From NCBI GenBank assembly GCA_021650915.1, contig CP091279.1, positions 450,001 through 482,000 on the forward strand: 32,000 nucleotides of DNA. Reading direction: 5' to 3'. Source of the DNA: Candidatus Brocadia sp. GTDB lineage: Bacteria; Planctomycetota; Brocadiia; Brocadiales; Brocadiaceae. The translations under genes and the position numbers were made by a program. The number at the start of each line of letters is the position of its first letter. Position 1 is the first letter of the stretch. This document shows, piece by piece, positions 26,635-32,000 of the stretch. Below the pieces are notes generated by a model. It searched no databases. It was not told the origin of the DNA and saw nothing but the letters and a program-made list of their open reading frames with translations.

Positions 26635-26991
26635 TTGGTTGGACAGGTCTTTTGTATCCACAGAAAATTTACCTACCTCAAATCCCGAAAAACAACCGAA
26701 GAAACGGTCTATGGCATTACCAGCCTTACGCAACAAAAGGCAGACCCTGCCCGCATACTCCGCTTGAACCGGGGACATTGGAGTATTGAAAACAGCCTCC
26801 ATTACGTTCGTGATGTCACCTTTGATGAAGACCGCTCCCCGATTCGAACAAACCATGCACCCAGGGTTATGGCCTCCCTCAAAAATTGCATCATCAGCAT
26901 CTTTCGCTCACTGGGAAGAACCGCTATCGCACAAACTCTTAGAAATTTAACCTACCAACCTCACCTTGCCCTGAAACTCCTTCGCTTATAA
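26635..26991 (+). CDS. C-terminal frame of the ISAs1-family transposase
   Basis: The frame is actually open from ~26542 (PQHKTIDKHHGRIEIRQVWTSADLNHYLAFPLVGQVF..). ..YGITSLTQQKADPARILRLNRGHWSIENSLHYVRDVTFDEDRSPIRT.. is the conserved ISAs1 C-terminal block containing the catalytic E. Confidence 0.8.
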   Translation: MVGQVFCIHRKFTYLKSRKTTEETVYGITSLTQQKADPARILRLNRGHWSIENSLHYVRDVTFDEDRSPIRTNHAPRVMASLKNCIISIFRSLGRTAIAQTLRNLTYQPHLALKLLRL

Positions 26992-27177
26992 CGTCTCTTT
27001 CTTCCCCTTCCCCCCTTATTTCCCATGCCCTTCGAGGCACATGGGGATTCCCTTGTCTTTTATGCCTTTTTTTGTCATCTTTTCGTGTCTTTGCTCGTTT
27101 TTCCCTCTTCAAACCCCTTCTTTCCCTTGCCCTGACACTCCCCCTTTTTTGCCTAGCATGACTTTGACGTTACCCTG

Positions 27178-27186
27178 TTGAATCGT
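27178..27186. repeat. Right copy of the 9-bp target-site duplication of the ISAs1-like element
   Basis: ttgaatcgt directly follows the IS end ..gttaccctg. Confidence 0.9.
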
Positions 27187-27195
27187 TGAATTCTA

Positions 27196-27224
27196 TTGAC
27201 TCACTCTCTATATTCAGCTATAGT
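27196..27224 (+). promoter_or_regulatory. Near-consensus sigma70 promoter for argH-lysA
   Basis: TTGACT (27196-27201), exactly 17 nt of spacer, then TATAGT (27219-27224). It lies 48 nt upstream of the argH ATG and 10 nt downstream of the IS target duplication. Confidence 0.55.
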
Positions 27225-27272
27225 ACTTCACTTATTTTTAGATGTGTCAATATCAGAGGACAGCAGATAACT

Positions 27273-28658
27273 ATGAAACAAAAAAAGCCCTGGGGAGGGC
27301 GATTTACTAAACAGACGGCGGCATCAGTGGAAACCTTTACGGAATCCGTTTCCTTCGACTGGCGGCTGTATCAATATGATATCGAGGGTAGTATAGCCCA
27401 TGCAAACATGCTTGCCCGGTGCAAGCTTATTACCGAGAGAGAAAAGGATGTGATCGTCAAGGGTCTGAAGAAAATTCTTGCGGAAATAGAAGCCGGGACG
27501 TTTGCGTTCAAAGAGTCCCTTGAAGACGTACATATGAATATTGAGTCGGCATTGATTGCACGGGTTGGTGACGCCGGTAAAAAGCTCCATACCGCCAGGA
27601 GCCGGAACGATCAGGTCGCCCTTGATCTGCGGCTCTGGACGCGCAATCAGGCGCATGAAGTGACAGGCCTCCTAAAAACGTTGCAAAGGGAATTCGTGAA
27701 AAAGGGGAAGGCGTTTTTTGGGTTGATTATGCCCGGTTTTACCCACCTGCAACATGCACAGCCGGTATTGTTGTCACATTATTTACTCGCTTACGTGGAG
27801 ATGTTTGAGCGGGATAAAGAGCGGCTTCAGGATTGCTACGTCCGGCTGAACAGGTCACCGCTGGGTGCGTGTGCCCTTGCAGGCACGACACTCCCGACGG
27901 ATCCCGTGTTTACGGCAAAATTGCTCGGATTTGATGGGGTTTGTGAAAACAGTATGGATGCCGTGAGCGATAGGGACTTTTGTGTTGAGTATGCGTTTTG
28001 TCTCTCCATGATTGCCATGCATCTCTCCCGCCTTGCTGAGGAATGGATTATCTGGTGCAACGACGAAATGAAGTTTATCGAAATCAGCGATGCCTATTGT
28101 ACGGGTTCCAGTATCATGCCTCAAAAGAAGAATCCTGATGTGCTTGAGCTGATCCGGGGTAAGTGCGGTCGCGTGTTCGGCCATTTGACGTCGCTGCTTA
28201 CGTTGCTCAAAGGATTGCCGTTAAGCTACAATCGGGACATGCAGGAAGACAAGATGGCGATATTTGACGCTGCGGATACCGTCCGGTCGACCTTGTCTGT
28301 CCTTGCTGAACTTGTGGCAAATACCAATTTCCATGGCGAACGGATGATGCTGGCATGTGAGAAAGGATTTATTGACGCTACTGCGCTGGCAGAGTATCTG
28401 GTTAAAAAAGGCGTGCCTTTTCGTATGGCCCATGAGATTGTGGGGAAGATTGTGCGGGAATGTATTCGGACGCAGTGCCGGCTGATGGATTTGCGATTGG
28501 AGAGTTTTCAGGCATTTTCTTCCGTCATAGAAAAGGATGTTTTTGCCGTGCTGGGGGTAGAAAATTGTATTAAGAATTATAAAAGTTACGGCTCTACGTC
28601 GCCGGGTTTTGTGAAAAAACGTATTGCGTATTGGGAAAAGAAACTGAGTAAAGGATAA
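27273..28658 (+). CDS. argH: Argininosuccinate lyase
   Basis: It starts MKQKKPWGGRFTKQT... The sequence carries TARSRNDQVALD and the fumarate-lyase signature GSSIMPQKKNPD. I prefer ATG 27273 because the track's upstream extension starts inside the IS target duplication and covers the promoter. Confidence 0.95.
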   Translation: MKQKKPWGGRFTKQTAASVETFTESVSFDWRLYQYDIEGSIAHANMLARCKLITEREKDVIVKGLKKILAEIEAGTFAFKESLEDVHMNIESALIARVGDAGKKLHTARSRNDQVALDLRLWTRNQAHEVTGLLKTLQREFVKKGKAFFGLIMPGFTHLQHAQPVLLSHYLLAYVEMFERDKERLQDCYVRLNRSPLGACALAGTTLPTDPVFTAKLLGFDGVCENSMDAVSDRDFCVEYAFCLSMIAMHLSRLAEEWIIWCNDEMKFIEISDAYCTGSSIMPQKKNPDVLELIRGKCGRVFGHLTSLLTLLKGLPLSYNRDMQEDKMAIFDAADTVRSTLSVLAELVANTNFHGERMMLACEKGFIDATALAEYLVKKGVPFRMAHEIVGKIVRECIRTQCRLMDLRLESFQAFSSVIEKDVFAVLGVENCIKNYKSYGSTSPGFVKKRIAYWEKKLSKG

Positions 28659-28674
28659 ATCGGGTAAATAGTCT

Positions 28675-29967
28675 ATGGATGCTTTTGAATATCGTGACAA
28701 GACGCTCTTTTGTGAGAAGGTAAAGATAGAGGATATTATTTCAGAGGTGGGCACTCCTGCCTATATCTACAGTAAAAATGCGATTTTAGCGCGCTACCAT
28801 GAACTCAAGGCAGCCTTCGGGGATGTCGATAGCCTGATCTGTTTTTCGGTTAAATCTAATTCTAACCTTTCTCTTTGTAAAATACTGGCAGAGGCGGGAT
28901 CGGGTTTTGACGTGGTTTCCGGAGGTGAGTTATTCAGGACAATCAAGGCCGGTGGCGACCCTTCGAAAATTGTTTTTGCAGGGGTGGGGAAAACTGATGG
29001 GGAGATACGAGATGCCCTTGCGAACGATATCTTCATGTTTAATGTTGAGTCCCTGGCGGAACTTGAGCATATTGACCGCCTGGCAAGGGATGTGGGTAAG
29101 GTGGCGAAAGTGGCCTTGCGAATCAATCCGGACATTGATGCAAAAACCCATGCAAAGACGACGACGGGGAAAAAGGAGAATAAATTCGGCATTGATTTTA
29201 CCGAGGCTGAAGGGCTTATCAAACAGTCATCAAGATATCCGGGTATTGAACTGTGCGGTTTACACGTGCATTTAGGCTCGCCTATTTATACCGTTGACCC
29301 GTATGTGAACGCCCTCCGGAAGATCATAAAACTCATTGAAAAATGCAGAGATGCGGGACTGGACATTGAGTATATGAACATAGGGGGCGGCTATTGTATC
29401 TCGTATACCGGAGAAGAAGTCATACGGCCAAGGGATTACGCATCGAAGATTCTTCCGCTCGTGAAAGAGATGCAATGTAATCTTCTTATGGAACCCGGCC
29501 GGTTTATCACAGGAAATTCGGGGATTTTAATTACCAGGGTGACGTATACGAAAGAGACTGTGCATGGGAAGAAGTTTATTATCTGCGATGCCGCTATGAA
29601 CGACTTGTTACGGCCAGCTTTGTATGATGCCTTTCACCGGATATGGCCGGTAACTACGGGCATTCCTATGCCGAAGGTGGAAGAGCCTGAAAAAGCAGCG
29701 GTAAAAAAGGGGACAGAATTGGTGGATATCGTGGGCCCGGTATGCGAAAGCAGCGATGTCTTTGCAAGCAAAAGGGCATTACCCAAAGTTGGAGAGGGGG
29801 ATTTGCTGGCAATATTCAGCGCCGGTGCGTATGGCTTTTCGATGAGTTCTCAGTACAATTCCCGTCCGCGCCCCTGTGAAGTGCTGGTGGATAGGGATCA
29901 ATACCGCATTATCAGAGAGCGGGAAACATATGACGATTTAATTAAGGGTGAAATTATTCCTGAGTGA
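28675..29967 (+). CDS. lysA: Diaminopimelate decarboxylase
   Basis: 430 aa. Matching blocks are ..TPAYIYSKNAIL..FSVKSNSNLSL..GFDVVSGGEL..NVESLAELEHI..LRINPDIDAKTHAKTTTGKKENKFGI..GLHVHLGS..NIGGGY..EPGRFI..DAAMNDLLRPALYDAFH..VGPVCESSD..AGAYGFSMSSQYNSRPRP.EVLV. Confidence 0.9.
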   Translation: MDAFEYRDKTLFCEKVKIEDIISEVGTPAYIYSKNAILARYHELKAAFGDVDSLICFSVKSNSNLSLCKILAEAGSGFDVVSGGELFRTIKAGGDPSKIVFAGVGKTDGEIRDALANDIFMFNVESLAELEHIDRLARDVGKVAKVALRINPDIDAKTHAKTTTGKKENKFGIDFTEAEGLIKQSSRYPGIELCGLHVHLGSPIYTVDPYVNALRKIIKLIEKCRDAGLDIEYMNIGGGYCISYTGEEVIRPRDYASKILPLVKEMQCNLLMEPGRFITGNSGILITRVTYTKETVHGKKFIICDAAMNDLLRPALYDAFHRIWPVTTGIPMPKVEEPEKAAVKKGTELVDIVGPVCESSDVFASKRALPKVGEGDLLAIFSAGAYGFSMSSQYNSRPRPCEVLVDRDQYRIIRERETYDDLIKGEIIPE

Positions 29968-30617
29968 ACCATACGATGGCAAAATATTATCCGATATTCC
30001 TGAACATTCAGGACAAAAAATGTGTGGTGGTGGGTGGTGGCAATGTTGCGTGGCGCAAGGTGTGCAGCCTGAAAGAGGCGGGCGCAAAAGTTACCGTAGT
30101 GTCGCCTGACTTTTGTCCGGAACTGGAAAGAGAAACGGGTGTGGAACGGATTCAGCAGAAATACACTACGGATATCCTGAAAGGTGCCGCTCTTGTGGTT
30201 GCCTCTACGGACGATGGCGTGGTGAATAAAAAGGTTTATAGCGATGCAATGGAGCGCGGGATTTTAGTGAATGTTGTCGATAAACCGGATTTGTGTTCCT
30301 TTATTGTGCCGGCATCTATTCAGCGGGGCGATCTGTGCATCAGTATCTCAACGGGTGGGGCAAGTCCGGCGTTGGCCAGGAATATCAGAGAATACCTTGA
30401 AGGACAATTCGGTGCAGAGTACGGTGAATTTACGCACCTTTTGTCAGAGGTGCGACAAAAAATGCTTTTGGAAATAAAAGATGAAGCAATAAGACGTGAT
30501 ATCTTACAGCGTATTGCAGGGTTTGATATCCTTGAAATAATAAAGCGGAAGGGTGTATCGGAGGCGAAAAGGAAGATATTGGAGATCGTCTCTGAAAAAA
30601 TTCCCGGTGATAAATAA
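29964..30617 (+). CDS. Precorrin-2 dehydrogenase / sirohydrochlorin ferrochelatase (SirC/Met8/CysG N-terminal domain type)
   Basis: 217 aa. YYPIFLNIQDKKCVVVGGGNVAWRKVCSLKEAGAKVTVVSP is the diagnostic Rossmann start of siroheme synthase N-domains. ..SFIVPASIQRGDLCISISTGGASPALARNIR.. is the conserved central block. Confidence 0.85.
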   Translation: MNHTMAKYYPIFLNIQDKKCVVVGGGNVAWRKVCSLKEAGAKVTVVSPDFCPELERETGVERIQQKYTTDILKGAALVVASTDDGVVNKKVYSDAMERGILVNVVDKPDLCSFIVPASIQRGDLCISISTGGASPALARNIREYLEGQFGAEYGEFTHLLSEVRQKMLLEIKDEAIRRDILQRIAGFDILEIIKRKGVSEAKRKILEIVSEKIPGDK

Positions 30618-30774
30618 GTCGACAAAATCTATAGACTTCTTTTTGCTTGCAAGATTTTTTTTAGCGTGTTAAGATTAAAACTATTTAGTTTACATTACCC
30701 AACGTGTGGTATGGGTGGCATTTATTTAACGATTATTCGACATGACGATTCGTGTCATAAGACTGGGAGTTTAA

Positions 30775-31665
30775 ATGGCTGAAAAGAGTGCAAAGCAAAG
30801 AGTAGACCTGAACGAATTAAAGTCAGGCGGTTTCATAAAACAGAATCAGAAAGACCTGTTTACGGTTAGGTTGAAAGTGCCGGGAGGAAGGATTACCCCG
30901 GAAAAGTTGGCGCAGATTGCAGAGATTGCTAAAAAATACAGTCGGATGGGATTTTGTCATTTAAGCTTCAGGCAATCGGTGGAAATCGTTGGTGTGCATA
31001 TTGATGATTTTGATGCTGTGGTAAAAGAGTTGGCTGCGGTGGGACAAAAGGTTGCTTCCTGCGGTCCAAGGGTACGAGTCCCTACGGCATGCGGGGGCTG
31101 TGAATATAATCCCAACGGGATTATGGATACGCAATCAAAGGCATTGGAGGTCGACGAAAAGTTTTTTGGCATCCCATGTCCCCATAAATTTAAGATTGGA
31201 TTTTCTGGTTGCCCGATTGATTGTACGAGGACGCGGGAAATGGACTTGGGCTTTCAGGGAGTGGTTTACCCGGTATGGAGCAAGGATTTGTGTAACGGCT
31301 GTACCCTATGCGCTAAGGCGTGTCAGGAAGGCGCGATTATCTCTGATAAGGAGGGCAGACCGGTATTTGACGAATCTAAGTGCGTGTATTGCGGCGATTG
31401 TATCCGTGCGTGTCCAACAGACGCCTGGAAGGACAAGAAAAAGGGCTGGCTGGTGCGTACGGGGGGGAAACACGGAAGACATCCGCGCGAGGCCGATTCG
31501 GTGTTAAATTTTCTGCCGGATAATAAGGTTAACGATTTTGTTGACGCTACCGTAAAATGGTACAAGGAGAACGGCAAGCCGAAAGAGAGAATGGGTTCCT
31601 GCATAGACCGCGTTGGTTTAGAAAAGTTTAAGAAAGACGTCGTTGGTGCATTTCTAAAAAACTGA
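30775..31665 (+). CDS. Small siroheme nitrite/sulfite-reductase-family protein with a ferredoxin insert (AsrC / Dsr-like protein type)
   Basis: 296 aa. ..FTVRLKVPGGRITPEKLAQIAEIAKKY..LSFRQSVEIVGV.. is the NIR_SIR ferredoxin-like half domain. GFSGCPIDCTR is the C-x3-C siroheme/4Fe-4S motif. Two ferredoxin clusters are present: CNGCTLCAKACQEGAI and CVYCGDCIRACP. It is adjacent to a siroheme-synthesis gene. Confidence 0.65.
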   Translation: MAEKSAKQRVDLNELKSGGFIKQNQKDLFTVRLKVPGGRITPEKLAQIAEIAKKYSRMGFCHLSFRQSVEIVGVHIDDFDAVVKELAAVGQKVASCGPRVRVPTACGGCEYNPNGIMDTQSKALEVDEKFFGIPCPHKFKIGFSGCPIDCTRTREMDLGFQGVVYPVWSKDLCNGCTLCAKACQEGAIISDKEGRPVFDESKCVYCGDCIRACPTDAWKDKKKGWLVRTGGKHGRHPREADSVLNFLPDNKVNDFVDATVKWYKENGKPKERMGSCIDRVGLEKFKKDVVGAFLKN

Positions 31666-31688
31666 CCTAAAAACTGATATTGATAATC

Positions 31689-32000
31689 ATGAAAAACAGA
31701 AAAAAATTTGTTATCTTTGCACATAGCGGAACGTATGATAAATTGTATCAGATTATTACGTTGGCTATTACGGCGGCATCGATGGGAAAAGAGACCTACA
31801 TTTTCCTCTTTTTCTGGGCATTAAAAAGATTCGTGAACGAAGAGTTTGATCCTGCAAGACTCGTTGGTGAATGCGGTGCAGAGGGTGAAAAATTGTTGAA
31901 AAAAATGCAGGCGCTAAATCCCATTTCACTCAAAGAATTACTGCATGACGTAAGGGCCATGGGAAATTTAAAAGTGTATGCTTGTACTGGCGCGGTGAAA
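31689..32000 (+). CDS. DsrE/DsrF-like family protein, 3'-partial (runs off the right window edge)
   Basis: It is not in the ORF track because no stop is reached. My hand translation gives MKNRKKFVIFAHSGTYDKLYQIITLAITAASMGKETYIFLFFWALKRFVNEEFDP...MGNLKVYACTGAVK (104 codons, no stop). The short flavodoxin-like start and the ..VYAC.. motif resemble DsrE-family sulfur-relay or peroxiredoxin-like proteins. Confidence 0.55.
   Translation, partial: MKNRKKFVIFAHSGTYDKLYQIITLAITAASMGKETYIFLFFWALKRFVNEEFDPARLVGECGAEGEKLLKKMQALNPISLKELLHDVRAMGNLKVYACTGAVK

Larger units (their letters stand above)
25137..27177 (+). mobile_element. ISAs1-family insertion sequence (2041 bp) with a DUF4338-transposase fusion gene
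   Basis: The ends are cagggctacgtcaa (25137-) and ttgacgttaccctg (-27177), matching at 12/14 as inverted repeats. It is flanked by a perfect 9-bp direct repeat, ttgaatcgt. Confidence 0.9.

Noticed and set aside
27186-27272. The 29-codon N-terminal extension of argH proposed by the ORF track (start at 27186)
   Set aside because: It would begin within the IS target duplication and read through the TTGACT-17-TATAGT promoter. Argininosuccinate lyases begin close to the ..WGGRF motif, as the ATG at 27273 provides.
28221-28754. The 177-aa minus-strand ORF antisense to the argH 3' end
   Set aside because: It is embedded opposite a high-confidence gene and has no motifs. It is a shadow ORF.
1-32000. 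Search for CRISPR arrays, tRNA, rRNA or tmRNA genes
   Set aside because: I found no regularly spaced direct repeats, no cloverleaf-compatible GTTCRANYC T-arm contexts and no rRNA-like conserved stretches. This was done by eye only, so a small RNA could be missed.

Overview
Bacterial chromosomal segment. The gene content reminds me of a Planctomycetota or anammox-type genome, but I could not verify this. Two housekeeping flanks bracket an accessory island of about 21 kb (about 6264-27186). The left flank (1-6263) holds a TPR protein, a NicO-like metal transporter, lpxI, lpxD and a CPBP protease. The right flank (27187-32000) holds argH, lysA, a siroheme-branch precorrin-2 dehydrogenase, a small Dsr/AsrC-like sulfite reductase and a DsrE-like protein. 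The island is a decaying mix of defence genes and mobile elements. It contains: (1) an SNF2 helicase stub; (2) a type I R-M operon, hsdR-(GxxExxY)-hsdM-rhuM-hsdS, in which hsdR is split by a ~1.86-kb IS and the hsdR-hsdM spacer carries a second transposase; (3) an AT-rich UG/Abi-type (AbiA-like) reverse transcriptase whose HEPN-like tail is separated from the RT by a single in-frame TAG; (4) three toxin-antitoxin modules (RHH-MazF, MntA-HepT, and HicB with a dead hicA), two of which share a 44-bp leader repeat; (5) a C-terminal scrap of a type IIG R-M enzyme; (6) a multiply broken IS1634-like element carrying a nested hairpin repeat; (7) an ISAs1-like element with a DUF4338 (DruA-like) N-terminal fusion and a perfect 9-bp target duplication, inserted just upstream of a canonical argH promoter. 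I saw no rRNA, tRNA or CRISPR array. All family assignments come from motif recognition by eye, with no database search.
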